A stretch of 64,000 bases of DNA, taken from positions 192,001-256,000 of the forward strand of contig CBDCFN010000016.1 of NCBI GenBank assembly GCA_965216315.1, read 5' to 3'. Every line of letters starts with the position of its first letter. Within the stretch, counting starts at the first letter, position 1. The DNA comes from a bacterium (GTDB lineage: Bacteria; UBA10199; 2-02-FULL-50-16; JAJFLM01). This document shows, one piece after another, positions 9,483 through 19,988 of this stretch. Both the position numbers and the translations under genes were made by a program. Below the pieces are notes generated by a model, which did no database searches, was not told where the DNA came from, and saw nothing but the letters and a program-made list of their open reading frames with translations.

Positions 9483-12400
9483 GTTGTTCGAAGTCGTGCG
9501 GGACTCCGGGAAATGATTCGGTCAGATAGCTGTTACCCGTGAATCGTTCCTGAGTACGATATTTCTCCAGGGCCTGAATGAGTTTAGTCGAGTTTTTGTA
9601 TCGACTAAAAATGCGATGAGAGGGAACGGGTTGTTCGGAAGCTTGCGACTGAACGGCTGCATCGATGGGTTCAGTAAAGGCGCGTAGCGAATTTATCTGA
9701 CGTAATTGGCCTTGTGACAGGATCCACCGGGCCACGAGCAGGTGAAGTTCTGGGGCCGTCAGCTCGTCACTTGGCTTCGTCATAATCACACCGATTAAAT
9801 CTTCTCGATAGGGTCCCAGCTCATTGTGGGAGCCGCTGCTTAGAATTTTCATGATGATGGGCAGAACGGGTGAGGATATTTGTCCGAGCAGCTGCAGGCG
9901 TCGTACGAGTTTGCGATAAGATGAAGCGGTGGGTAATTCGCTCTTGTCTCGCAACTGATAGCCGCGACCGTGGTTGGGAATGATGATCTTTTTTCGAAGG
10001 GTCACAGCACTAATCACATGTTGCTCGGCACGTGGCCCCGCTAGAAAGGCTGCGGCCGTATCCGCCGCTTCTTTGGCGACTAAGTACGATTCATCCGGTG
10101 TTGCAAAGACCTTGAGCTCCATCACCCACTGTTGCCACTCGCTTTGGTATTGTTTGTCCGAAGCGCGAAACCACTCCCCGATAACGCGTTCGGTCCAAGT
10201 CGGTATATTGCTGTCAGACTTGAAATCGGTTAATGGATCGCCCTCGAGTTCGCTGGAGACGGTTTGCCGGACTTCTTTGCCGAGCGTGTTGAACACGGTG
10301 GGATAAGCATAGATATAGAGAGCTCCGAGTCTTTCCGCTTGGGTCAGTTCTTGACCCCGCAGGATGTGCTGCAGACTTTTTGAGAAACGACGTATTTGCT
10401 TGTCACGACTGAACGCATGTCGCAGGCGGTTTCGAACAGTCTCCGGGGCGACCTTGGCGAATAGATTTTTCAGTAAGAGGGTCCGGAGCGTCGGATGAGC
10501 CAATAGTCTTTCCAGGTACGAGACACGTGCGTGCATGAGTTGGATGAAGTTATCGGGATCATGGGACGCGTGCCAGCGTGATTCAAAGTCATCATGAAGT
10601 TCGCCAGGTATTGAAAGCGTGTCGAGCAAGTGGGTGAGCTTGTAAGTCGTATAGAGCGCGGGATTGCGGATATTTCGTTCGTAGCGTTCTAATGATTGAA
10701 TACCGGAGAGGGGCATAACGACATGACAGTCGCTACGCTGGATGGATTGTTTGTTTCCATCAGCATCGATGACGGAGACGGTACTCCCGAGAGTTTTTTT
10801 AAAGAAGGATGGTTTGACATAACCCCAGTGTAATTGGCCGTCTTGCATGTATTCGCAGTAATAACCGCGTTGACGATATCTCTTGGCCAGGGCGAGCACG
10901 CGCAACTGACGTTCATAAACTTCATGATCGGGGGCCAGTAAGGCGAACTCCGGAAAGAGGTGGACTGCGGTATGCACGTCGGTGGGTACTTGGGCCAGAA
11001 TGGCGAGAATTTCCGGATCGGTATCCGTGCGAGCCTGACCCCGTTGGGTTACGACCATTGGGGTTTCCGGTAAAGGGTGTTCCGGTGTGAGCGGAAGCTC
11101 CGACTCAAGTTCGGCCAGGTCAGCGATGAGTTTCGGTATTTGAGTGCGTTCTCGTTCGGAGAGTTCCGTGACTTTCGCTTGGATGTCTCGATAGGAAGTA
11201 ATAGCCTGTTGAAGGCGTGGATCGAGTGACTCGGTCGAAGTCGCCTCGCTACCGAGATAAGGTGCGAGCTCGGGTCGTTTCGTGATTTGAGTATTCTGGC
11301 GTTGCAGATTTTCTCTCAAACTACTTAATTGTTTTTTTAGGCGGTGACGTAAGTCGTGCAGCTGTTGAAAAAGGGCGGCATATTCTTGAAGTGTTATCGG
11401 GGTATTTTTCTCGAGCAGTTGTATAATGGCATCCGCTGTCTTCTGTGTTGTTTCCAGGTAGGGTGTCAGGACGGAGATCGCATCTTCGACTTCATCTGCG
11501 TTGTCAGCGACCGATTCCGATTTTTGCTGGCTGGCACGCACTCGCTCCAGGGCCTCAGTATAGACGACGAGCTTGAATTCGATCTCGTGATTGAGATCGA
11601 TCAAGTGGGGACCTAATGCCGTCACAGTGTCGACGTCGGCACTATCGAGTGAATCCAGTACCGAGTAGACGGCCGGTTCAAGTTTTTCGTCGTGACTTGC
11701 GACAAGGGTCTCGGCTTTTGTCTTCATCTCGATGAGACGTTGCAGGCTCGTCATCAGTTCATCGCCGTTCAGGGATGCGGCCGCCGGGAATGTGCCGAGT
11801 TCATTGAACAGTGCATCGGCTGTTTGTCCCATTTCCTGCGCCGTTTGCATGAGTGATTGGATGGTATGCGAGGCGGTGGCCGTTGGCTTCGGGGCTGGGG
11901 GCGGAATCGAAGTGTCACGGGGTGCTTCGGGCGGTGGCGTGGATTCACGAGGTGGCGTCGTGGTTAAATATCCGGTCGCGATCATCGCGATGCGCACCAA
12001 GTGCATGACGGTATTGGCGGCGAGGGTTTCTTTGCGCGCGCGTTGGAAGGCGTCGATTTCGGTATTAATGGCCTCAGCCAGCTCGGGATGAGACGCCGTA
12101 TAGGCGTGAACATTGGCAATGATCTCGTCTTGATGGGCCATGCGGAGGCGCCTGCGGGCGTGATCGATGAAAGTTTCGACTTGATAGCATCGCTTCATCG
12201 AGAGGCGCGCACGCTTGGGGATGATGAGTGCCAGAAAGATGCGCATGTCCTGTGTCCAAGGCGCTGTGCTACCCGATGCCTCGGACGCATTGCTGACTGG
12301 CATTGAATTAGTGATGATCGCTGCGATCCGAACCAGGTGCGTCAGCGATTCTTTAGAGAGGCTGCCGTCCCGGTTGCGATCAAATTGGGCCAATTCCGCC

Positions 12401-15400
12401 ATGATTTCGTCCTGGCGCGGATGTGGATTCGATTCGAGATGACTTATAATGCGACGTCGAATCTCCGGAAGATGTTCAAACCAGATATGTTTGCGGCCGC
12501 GGCTGAGAAATGATTTCAGGCTCCGGATACGCCGGACTTTTACGCCGTTGATAACTTGATCGAGGAAAGCGGCGATGGTTTGATTCCACGGGACCTTCTC
12601 GGTCCTTTTGTCGGCAGCGGGTTCGCTTTCCAGCTTCGGGACGTCCGTGGGCTGAGGAGCTTCCTCAGGAAGGGGCGCAAAACGTTCTGCGATCTCCATG
12701 ACGGTCCAGTTCAATTCTTCAATGGTGGCGCGGATTCTTTCCGCGGAGACGTTGGGAGGTGTCAATTTCTCCAAAACTCTTAGGACAGTACGTGTATCCG
12801 GATGGTCGGGATCAAGAAAACCGATTGTATAGATTGCATGATCACGGGCGGCCTCCAGGGCCGGAATGAGGTGGGCCTGGTCCAGTTCCTGCAGACGCTT
12901 TGCACCTTTATCGGTACTCTCAACAATGACCCGATGAGTTGCCGGGTTCCAGTCCGTCGCGCCGATGACTTGGATAGGTAAGGCGTTGTCCGCGGGGAGG
13001 AGGTCATTAGTGCTCGGTTGGTGAAGCATGGATCCGTCTTCCCGATACCGCGTCACCGTTTCGATAAAACGGTCTTTCTCTTTGTTAACGGTTGTAGCTC
13101 GGTAGATTGAAAAGGTACGGCCGTGCCAGACGATCAGGCGTCCGCGGGGATGATGTTTGAAAAAGAAGTAGCGGGCTCGCTCCGTCATTCCTTTGGCGGT
13201 GACGAGCATCGTGAAAGTCGTGCGCTCGGTGCTCGCGACGGCACCGGCGGCTTTAAGAATCATCCTGATAAATTTAGGATGTCCCAGATAACGGTTTCCG
13301 CGCACGCCGATATCGATAGTTCGTCTTGGGTCATTCCAGACCTGGACACTGGCGCCACTCGGCATGATGGCTTTTTCATGAAATTCCCCTTCCTCGGTCG
13401 AGACAGCGGGTCGCATTTGGACAAATGGAGTTCCTGTGTCTTGATCGTAGTCGAAACTTACGTGGCGTCCGAACTTGCGGCCCAATTGCAGGGGTTGAGG
13501 AAGAATGCGGTCTAATACAATCTCTGTCGGTTTGACCGCGGTGGCCATCAATAAGGTTGCAATCTGTCGAAACGTCTCATTGTCGCTCATTAAGGTGAGG
13601 AGTTGCTCTTTAGCGCGGGTACTTAGACGTTTAAGGCGGAGCAGGGCGGCGTAACGCTCAAGCCACTCGAGTCCTCTGCGGATGCGGCGGTTCTCTTGCG
13701 ACATATTTTGGAGGATCGCGTAGACGCTCAGCTCATCCGTATCATCCAGCATGTCGAGGATGACCTGCTCGTGCAGGAGTTGCAGCGACCATGATGAGGT
13801 GAGATCGCTGATTTTCCTCGGGAGTGTAGGCGGCGCTGGTTTATCTTGCTGCGTTTCCTCGACCGTTGGTTCAGTCGACTTCGGTGTCGCTGTTGTCGCG
13901 CTGACGACAGCGGTTTCTTTGCTCTCGACGGCGGCGACGAGAGTCGTGCCGGAGGCGATAAACATATCGGTATCCGCAAAGGGATTGCCATTATCGCCCG
14001 CTGCATCGGGAGAAACGACGGCGGGTTCGGTGTAGACCGCCTCCGCGGCGCGGGCGGCTGTGTCTGCAGCTGAATTTGCGGTTTCGTCGTGAACCACCGC
14101 GTCCGCAGCTGTCTGGTTCGCCGGCCTCTCACGGCTATCATTTTCGGGAAGGTCGGCTTGCGCTTGTTCGGAAGACTGAGGTGTTACGGTCTCCTGCTTC
14201 TCCGGTGCGGGTCCACCAGCGACGGGGATGCTCGGTCGTTTCTTGTAAATTGCAGTATCGCCTTCTAGGAGTGAAAGGTGGATGTGATTCGCCAGATCGC
14301 GGTGGTCGGTCAGGAAACTCAGTAGTGTCTCAAAGAGTCCTCGGTATTGACCAAGCAATTTTTGGTCATTTTTATATTTGGAATCTTTGCTGGCCTCGCG
14401 CCAGGCACTTTCAAAAGTGGCAATGCCGCTCGTTTGGAGTTGATTACAGTAGGCCCGATAGAGGCGCCACAGTCGATCAACGAAGAACATGAAATAGCGA
14501 GGGTGTCCACCGCCGACGGTCGGTCGGTGGATGGCGGCGACCTTAATGAAGATCATGCCGAATTCCGTGAAGCGCTCCGGGTCGATATCTCTGAAGAGTT
14601 TTTCGCCGAGATCCTCCGGGTCAATGTCAATCATGGGAGCTTCTGCCGCGGGCAAGGCCTCAATCAATTCGTTGTACAGAGCTTCTTGAAAGTCGCTATC
14701 ACGGGCTCCGATAAAATAGGCCAACAAACGCCTCACCATGACGGGGCTCAAGTGGAGCTGGGGATTGGTGTGTGCAAACTGGCGACTGGCCCGTTCCAGC
14801 GGATCAAATGTGTCTTGCTCGACGAGATCAAGATAGGTGCCGACCAGATCGCTCAACCCTTCTTCTCCCAGTAGGGTGGAATAATAATTATCACTCTTAC
14901 TGCATTCATCGGCCCACTCGCGGAGCAGGTCGCCGCGGTGTGTGCTTTCAGTAATTTCCTCGTAAGCTTGCGCCATGTTATCCAGCCCTAAGGGGGTCGT
15001 GGCATCTTGACTGCGGAAGAAGGCGGCTTCACCGGAAACGCCGAGGGTCTGCCGATAATGAAGCGTCATTTGGAAGAGCAGTGACAAGAGGTCGCGGGCG
15101 CGTTCTGTCGTGGGAGCGGTGTTTCCCAAGACGTGGGTCACATGATCTAGGCGCTGAGCGAGCGGACCATCATCGTCTTTGTGGCCCCAGCTGAGGCGCT
15201 CTTCATGTAAAAAGATCATGGCATGGGCAATCCATTCCGCCTGCGACATGGTTTCTAAAGGCTCTAGTTGGGGTGCTTCCTCTGTTTGCTGTCCGTCATC
15301 CGCCTGGAGACCAAGGACGGTTGCTGTATCGCTGTGAATTGTGGTGTCTCTATCTGGCGCTCCAGCCAAGCGGGCTTCAATGGCTGCCAGTTCCGCGTGT

Positions 15401-16665
15401 TGTTTCGCAAAGTCGATGGGGTGATGGCGTTCTAGACTGCGTTGCAGCCGGCGCGCGCGAAGTTTGACGGCATGACGAATGGCTTGTTTTTCCTCATGGT
15501 CGGCAGTGAGCCGCCAGATTTGAATAATATGACTGACGAGTGTGCGTAGGGGGTCATCGGCTTGATCTTGAGACGCATCCCAGAGGAAAACCAGATCGGA
15601 GCCCATATCATTGGCCATGTCACGCGGCCAATCTTCGGGGAGTCCATGGAGTGGTCGGCCGATTGCGACGGATGCCGGTCCGAGGATGCGCCGGATAATC
15701 CCGCTATTAAGGGTCGCGAGGTTATCAAGTCGCGTTAGGCCTTGGGTGATGTTGCGCAGAATGCGCGATGAGTCCCCGTTGGGAAGCTCACTCGCATAGA
15801 GATATAAAGAGCGGGCCCAGCGGACAAAGTCGTAGGGCCACGCGATGCCAGCACTCTGCATCTTGTGATAAATCTTTTGAATGCGACCTTCGTAGTGCGC
15901 ATGGGGTTCATCGCTGGCGGAATGATAATTGAAAGGGACTTGTTCAATGCTGGCTGGAACGGGTTCACGTATTTGGGTTGAAGGCGGCGCTAATGTCGTG
16001 GCGGTTTCTGCCGCTGGAGCTGCTGGGAGTGTAGGTACGGGTTCGTAAATTCCACTGTCGGCACGGAGCACATGCGAGGGGGGCGTGCTAAAGGTCACAT
16101 GCAGGCCGAGAGAGAGCCGCTGGATGGTTTCATCTTGGATCTGTGCAGAGACCTCTTCGACCATGCCGGCGATATTGCGATTGGCCTTGCTGTCGACATT
16201 GTTGAGGAAAATACTGAGTCCACCCATGACGACGCGGATGAAGGCCTTATCTTCATCGTTGGCACTCATGGCGTAGAGGCGGCTGCCTGCAATCGTGGAG
16301 AGTTGTGCGAGAATATCCACCAGGTAAGTGACATGCTGGTCACGCGTTGTCATGAACTCATAGCTGGCGGCGCGCCACACGCGATCCGGTACTTGGGCAA
16401 CGATGCGGGCGAGTTCGGCTTTGGCTGTTTCTAAGCGGCTATTGTCGCCATTATCTTGAAGTGCCGCATCTAAATGCGAAAGTGCCTGACCTAGGTCGCT
16501 CCAACTCTCGCCTGCTGTCTCTTGCCTCTGCAGTTGGGAATGAATCGCAGTGAGGTTTTCGAACAACTCGGAATGTTGCGGTGTTGTCAGGATGAATCCG
16601 GCTGCCCCTTGCGAGGTCATCGCCGCGGCCCCATTAAATAGGAATTGAGCGCCGGCCATGCTCAT
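9466..16665 (-). CDS. Giant 2399-aa hypothetical multidomain protein
   Basis: Uninterrupted 7.2-kb ORF; ATGA overlap with the upstream gene; first ~430 aa paralogous to the adjacent 679-aa protein; Pro/Thr-rich linkers and internal repeats. Confidence 0.85.
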   Translation of the reverse strand: MSMAGAQFLFNGAAAMTSQGAAGFILTTPQHSELFENLTAIHSQLQRQETAGESWSDLGQALSHLDAALQDNGDNSRLETAKAELARIVAQVPDRVWRAASYEFMTTRDQHVTYLVDILAQLSTIAGSRLYAMSANDEDKAFIRVVMGGLSIFLNNVDSKANRNIAGMVEEVSAQIQDETIQRLSLGLHVTFSTPPSHVLRADSGIYEPVPTLPAAPAAETATTLAPPSTQIREPVPASIEQVPFNYHSASDEPHAHYEGRIQKIYHKMQSAGIAWPYDFVRWARSLYLYASELPNGDSSRILRNITQGLTRLDNLATLNSGIIRRILGPASVAIGRPLHGLPEDWPRDMANDMGSDLVFLWDASQDQADDPLRTLVSHIIQIWRLTADHEEKQAIRHAVKLRARRLQRSLERHHPIDFAKQHAELAAIEARLAGAPDRDTTIHSDTATVLGLQADDGQQTEEAPQLEPLETMSQAEWIAHAMIFLHEERLSWGHKDDDGPLAQRLDHVTHVLGNTAPTTERARDLLSLLFQMTLHYRQTLGVSGEAAFFRSQDATTPLGLDNMAQAYEEITESTHRGDLLREWADECSKSDNYYSTLLGEEGLSDLVGTYLDLVEQDTFDPLERASRQFAHTNPQLHLSPVMVRRLLAYFIGARDSDFQEALYNELIEALPAAEAPMIDIDPEDLGEKLFRDIDPERFTEFGMIFIKVAAIHRPTVGGGHPRYFMFFVDRLWRLYRAYCNQLQTSGIATFESAWREASKDSKYKNDQKLLGQYRGLFETLLSFLTDHRDLANHIHLSLLEGDTAIYKKRPSIPVAGGPAPEKQETVTPQSSEQAQADLPENDSRERPANQTAADAVVHDETANSAADTAARAAEAVYTEPAVVSPDAAGDNGNPFADTDMFIASGTTLVAAVESKETAVVSATTATPKSTEPTVEETQQDKPAPPTLPRKISDLTSSWSLQLLHEQVILDMLDDTDELSVYAILQNMSQENRRIRRGLEWLERYAALLRLKRLSTRAKEQLLTLMSDNETFRQIATLLMATAVKPTEIVLDRILPQPLQLGRKFGRHVSFDYDQDTGTPFVQMRPAVSTEEGEFHEKAIMPSGASVQVWNDPRRTIDIGVRGNRYLGHPKFIRMILKAAGAVASTERTTFTMLVTAKGMTERARYFFFKHHPRGRLIVWHGRTFSIYRATTVNKEKDRFIETVTRYREDGSMLHQPSTNDLLPADNALPIQVIGATDWNPATHRVIVESTDKGAKRLQELDQAHLIPALEAARDHAIYTIGFLDPDHPDTRTVLRVLEKLTPPNVSAERIRATIEELNWTVMEIAERFAPLPEEAPQPTDVPKLESEPAADKRTEKVPWNQTIAAFLDQVINGVKVRRIRSLKSFLSRGRKHIWFEHLPEIRRRIISHLESNPHPRQDEIMAELAQFDRNRDGSLSKESLTHLVRIAAIITNSMPVSNASEASGSTAPWTQDMRIFLALIIPKRARLSMKRCYQVETFIDHARRRLRMAHQDEIIANVHAYTASHPELAEAINTEIDAFQRARKETLAANTVMHLVRIAMIATGYLTTTPPRESTPPPEAPRDTSIPPPAPKPTATASHTIQSLMQTAQEMGQTADALFNELGTFPAAASLNGDELMTSLQRLIEMKTKAETLVASHDEKLEPAVYSVLDSLDSADVDTVTALGPHLIDLNHEIEFKLVVYTEALERVRASQQKSESVADNADEVEDAISVLTPYLETTQKTADAIIQLLEKNTPITLQEYAALFQQLHDLRHRLKKQLSSLRENLQRQNTQITKRPELAPYLGSEATSTESLDPRLQQAITSYRDIQAKVTELSERERTQIPKLIADLAELESELPLTPEHPLPETPMVVTQRGQARTDTDPEILAILAQVPTDVHTAVHLFPEFALLAPDHEVYERQLRVLALAKRYRQRGYYCEYMQDGQLHWGYVKPSFFKKTLGSTVSVIDADGNKQSIQRSDCHVVMPLSGIQSLERYERNIRNPALYTTYKLTHLLDTLSIPGELHDDFESRWHASHDPDNFIQLMHARVSYLERLLAHPTLRTLLLKNLFAKVAPETVRNRLRHAFSRDKQIRRFSKSLQHILRGQELTQAERLGALYIYAYPTVFNTLGKEVRQTVSSELEGDPLTDFKSDSNIPTWTERVIGEWFRASDKQYQSEWQQWVMELKVFATPDESYLVAKEAADTAAAFLAGPRAEQHVISAVTLRKKIIIPNHGRGYQLRDKSELPTASSYRKLVRRLQLLGQISSPVLPIIMKILSSGSHNELGPYREDLIGVIMTKPSDELTAPELHLLVARWILSQGQLRQINSLRAFTEPIDAAVQSQASEQPVPSHRIFSRYKNSTKLIQALEKYRTQERFTGNSYLTESFPGVPHDFEQLILDT

Positions 16666-18701
16666 CGTCCCGCCTCCAGAATTTGTTGTCTCGATTCCTT
16701 GGGAAAGAGCGCGATGGCGGCCGCGAGATTTTGTTCAATCTTGTGGATGATGCGGGCTCGCCCGCCTTCGGCAAAAGCGTCCAGGCTGCCCGCGAGTCGG
16801 GCGAGGATGCGGAGAATGTCGGCCTCGTTGGGTTGACCTGCAGAGAGCTTCCAAATGCGGGCAAGGATGTTCGCGTGACGACGGAGTTCACTATTGTCAC
16901 GATCCGGATGACCGTCCCAAGCGCGGATCAAGGCTTTGCCTAAGTGATTGGGCCAGTCTACGGGCCAATTTGCGGGAATGCCCGTCATGGGGTGGTCAAC
17001 GGCGACACTGGTTGGACCTAAGTGCTTGCGAATTGCTGTCATGTTGATCGCCTGGATCTTATTTGAATTGGCGAGGGCCTTGAGGCCGTTGCTGATATTC
17101 GTTGTAAGTCCTTTGCGGGTTCGGCCTCTCCCCATAGCTTGATAGACGAGTTGGGTGGGGATCTCCTCGACTTCCTTGGTCCAGCGATAGAGCGAGCGGG
17201 TCCAGCGAACGAAGTCATAGGCCCACGGGTAGTGTGCTGCCTCGATGCGAGCGAGAACCGCCTGAACCAACTCTTCTTGGGACTTGGGCAAACGACGCTC
17301 GCTCATTTCGTGATACTCAAAGATCGACTCACCATCGAGTGCCGGGTGGAGCCAGAGAGGAAAAAGAACTCGAATTTCTGCCAGGTTCGTCTCGATAGAT
17401 TTTATCGGGAGGTCGCGGTCACTCTCATAGGCGCGGTTGAAACGTTGCATGACATTGCGGAGTTTTTTGTGAATGAATGCTTCGTTGTCGAGGCCGCTGG
17501 AATAGGTCCAGATCCGAGTGAGTGCCGTGACAACGGAGCGCAAGCGCAGTAATTCAACAGAGGGATGGCCGTCCCAGTTCATGACAAGGATTGCGGTTAA
17601 GTTGTTGGGCATGTCGAGCGGCCAGTTCTGTGGGAGATTTTCAACGGGTTTGCCCAGTGCCATTGCGACCGGCGCCAGCAGACGCCGGATCTGTCCCACG
17701 CCGATGGTGTCGGTTTCAGATAATTGGCGGAGGCCGTAGGCAATATTGTTACGCAGTCCCCGGGTGGTGCGACCCCGTGCCAATCGGTCGTGGACTAATC
17801 GCGACGGTATTTCCGCGATCTCGCCGGCCCAGAGATAAAGAGAGCGGGTCCAAGTGACGAAGTCATAGGGCCAGTCGATTACCTGGTCATGGATTTTCAA
17901 TGCGATGTCTTGAATTTGTTGCTCATAGAGCGCGTTCGTGAGCGCAACCGTACTTTCCGGATGATAGTCGTAGGGAAGCCGCGGGGGTCTGGGCTCAAAT
18001 GAAGGAGTGGAAACGACTTCTTCTCTCGAAAGGGTATCTGTTGCGGGCGCTTTCGCCTGGATTGGTGAACGCAGCGTGCTTGGCGGCTTGCTGGTCGTGC
18101 TTGTTTCGGGAAGAACCGGAGCGAGACGTGCGTTGGGTTGTACTGGAAAATGAGCACCCACTTGGTTTGCAAAGGTTTGGATGACACTATCCTGAATTTG
18201 GGCGGCCACCTCTTCGACCATGCCGGCGAGTTCTTTTTCTGATTTGTCGACTGCCCTGGAAACAAAGATGGTAATGCCGCCGAGTAAGGTCCTGATAAAC
18301 GCCTTGTCTTCGTCCGAGGCGGATAGGACGTATTGGCGGCTCCCCGTGATCGGACGGAGCACGACACGTATTTCCTCTAGATAAGCGATGCATTGCTCAC
18401 GGGGCGTCATGTGCGAAAAGGTACCATTGCGCCAGATGGGATCGGGGATAGCCGCTACGATGCGTGCGAGTTGCATTTGCGTTGCTTGGATGGAGCTCGG
18501 TTCCGTTTCGCAGACGGCGGTTTCAAGGCGGTCAATGGTCGGATAAAAATCAGTCAGTGAATGATCCGTGATGCCAGCCGACTGCAATTGGGACCGCACT
18601 TGTCCCAGCCCTTCGAGGAGTTGCCCTGGCTGGGACTGAGTCAGAATAAAACCGGCGGCGGCCTGCGAATAAAGCGCTGCCTGTCCACTGAAGAAGGTCA
18701 T
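16662..18701 (-). CDS. Hypothetical protein (679 aa) with a tandemly duplicated W(P/A)YDFV-RSLY domain
   Basis: Start MTFFSGQ at 18701 overlaps the upstream stop (ATGA) and aligns with the giant protein N-terminus; two internal copies of a ~170-aa domain. Confidence 0.85.
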   Translation of the reverse strand: MTFFSGQAALYSQAAAGFILTQSQPGQLLEGLGQVRSQLQSAGITDHSLTDFYPTIDRLETAVCETEPSSIQATQMQLARIVAAIPDPIWRNGTFSHMTPREQCIAYLEEIRVVLRPITGSRQYVLSASDEDKAFIRTLLGGITIFVSRAVDKSEKELAGMVEEVAAQIQDSVIQTFANQVGAHFPVQPNARLAPVLPETSTTSKPPSTLRSPIQAKAPATDTLSREEVVSTPSFEPRPPRLPYDYHPESTVALTNALYEQQIQDIALKIHDQVIDWPYDFVTWTRSLYLWAGEIAEIPSRLVHDRLARGRTTRGLRNNIAYGLRQLSETDTIGVGQIRRLLAPVAMALGKPVENLPQNWPLDMPNNLTAILVMNWDGHPSVELLRLRSVVTALTRIWTYSSGLDNEAFIHKKLRNVMQRFNRAYESDRDLPIKSIETNLAEIRVLFPLWLHPALDGESIFEYHEMSERRLPKSQEELVQAVLARIEAAHYPWAYDFVRWTRSLYRWTKEVEEIPTQLVYQAMGRGRTRKGLTTNISNGLKALANSNKIQAINMTAIRKHLGPTSVAVDHPMTGIPANWPVDWPNHLGKALIRAWDGHPDRDNSELRRHANILARIWKLSAGQPNEADILRILARLAGSLDAFAEGGRARIIHKIEQNLAAAIALFPKESRQQILEAGR

Positions 18702-19984
18702 GCGGCCCTCCGGATCTTCTTGCTGCGCAGTTCCTCCGGCGTGAAGAAATCGCCGAACATCGTCATGAGTCCGGCTTGAAAGCGGGAACTCAAATCCGCG
18801 GGTTGTTTGATCGTGGCAAAACGAACCAGGCTGGCCGTTGGGACAAAGAGCCCCCGGGCCGGGAGGGCGCCGTAATGATAGTGACAGGTCCAGTAACGAA
18901 AGAACCACTGGTCTTTGAGCGGATTCGAACTTGAGTCGTCTGGTTCGGCCCAGTTCAGATCCCGCAGCAGACTATTGCCAATATAACGTTGCTGGGCTCC
19001 GAGCCGGCGGGGATTGTGGCCACTCATGTCGACGAGCCATTCGTTAAAAACTTCACGACGGGTTCGCCCCGGATGCCAGTTGACGGATTCCAGACTCACT
19101 TTGCGGCGGATCACATTAATCATGGCTTTGTCATCCAAGACGCGTTCTTTGCCTCTTTCGCTGAGGAGTTGAATGACGGCATGGCGGCGGAGGGCATAAC
19201 GAAAGGAATCATCCCAATGCGTGTGTTCATTGGGCAGGGAGAGTGACCAACCATAGGCCTCAAAGGTAGCGAAGATGACGAGGTGCTGCATCAAGCGACC
19301 CCAGAGAGGCTCAATCGCGGTGGCCCGGTCGATGAGACGACGGGCCTCAGCGGTTGGAAAACGACCGAGGTAACTATGAATAAAGCGACCGCTTCGTAGT
19401 TGACGGCGGGTATGGCTATTGATCCGATAAAATTGTTCGGTATCGATTTCACGCTGACCATGGCCCATGACGCCGGCGACATAATGGGCAAAATAGCTCA
19501 GCAATTTCCCGGCGCTGTCGATCGATTCACTCGGTGGATTGGGTGCCGGGTGCGCCTCGGTTCCGTATTTTTTCCATTCGATCAGGGGAAGCTGTCCGAT
19601 GGGGGTGCGATGACCACGGGTGGTGATCGATTGCGGGCCGGTCTCACTGGGTCCGGTTAATTCCTGTAAGGCTTGTCCGGCTCTTTGTAGTTGCAAGGCT
19701 TCATCCAGCGAGGCTCCGTTTTTGAGATCTTCGTGGATGCGCTCTATTTCCCCGTAGAGTTTGGAGTTGTGCCAGTCGGTACGAAGGTAGCCCCCGCTCT
19801 GGAGCGCCACTGAAACGCGCGTCAGTCGTCCTCCTAAATCGCTGCGTCCCAGCTCATTGAGTTGGGGGGCCAAGTCATCCAGAACAGTGGCGATGCCCTG
19901 AGGTTGTCCCGTGAGACTGAGTTGGGTCAGGTGTCCTAAGAGACTTGAGAGATGACCTGCCGGAGTGATGATACCGTAAGACAT
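18698..19984 (-). CDS. Hypothetical protein (428 aa)
   Basis: Long ORF starting MSYGII 4 nt after the helicase stop; its stop overlaps the next start. Confidence 0.75.
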   Translation of the reverse strand: MSYGIITPAGHLSSLLGHLTQLSLTGQPQGIATVLDDLAPQLNELGRSDLGGRLTRVSVALQSGGYLRTDWHNSKLYGEIERIHEDLKNGASLDEALQLQRAGQALQELTGPSETGPQSITTRGHRTPIGQLPLIEWKKYGTEAHPAPNPPSESIDSAGKLLSYFAHYVAGVMGHGQREIDTEQFYRINSHTRRQLRSGRFIHSYLGRFPTAEARRLIDRATAIEPLWGRLMQHLVIFATFEAYGWSLSLPNEHTHWDDSFRYALRRHAVIQLLSERGKERVLDDKAMINVIRRKVSLESVNWHPGRTRREVFNEWLVDMSGHNPRRLGAQQRYIGNSLLRDLNWAEPDDSSSNPLKDQWFFRYWTCHYHYGALPARGLFVPTASLVRFATIKQPADLSSRFQAGLMTMFGDFFTPEELRSKKIRRAA

Positions 19985-19988
19985 GGCG

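Noticed and set aside
16662..18908. Longest ORF-track starts (748 aa here; also 20032, 1411, 5219, 62992)
   Set aside because: The extensions overlap neighbouring genes or promoters; downstream starts give stop/start coupling or align with the paralogue.
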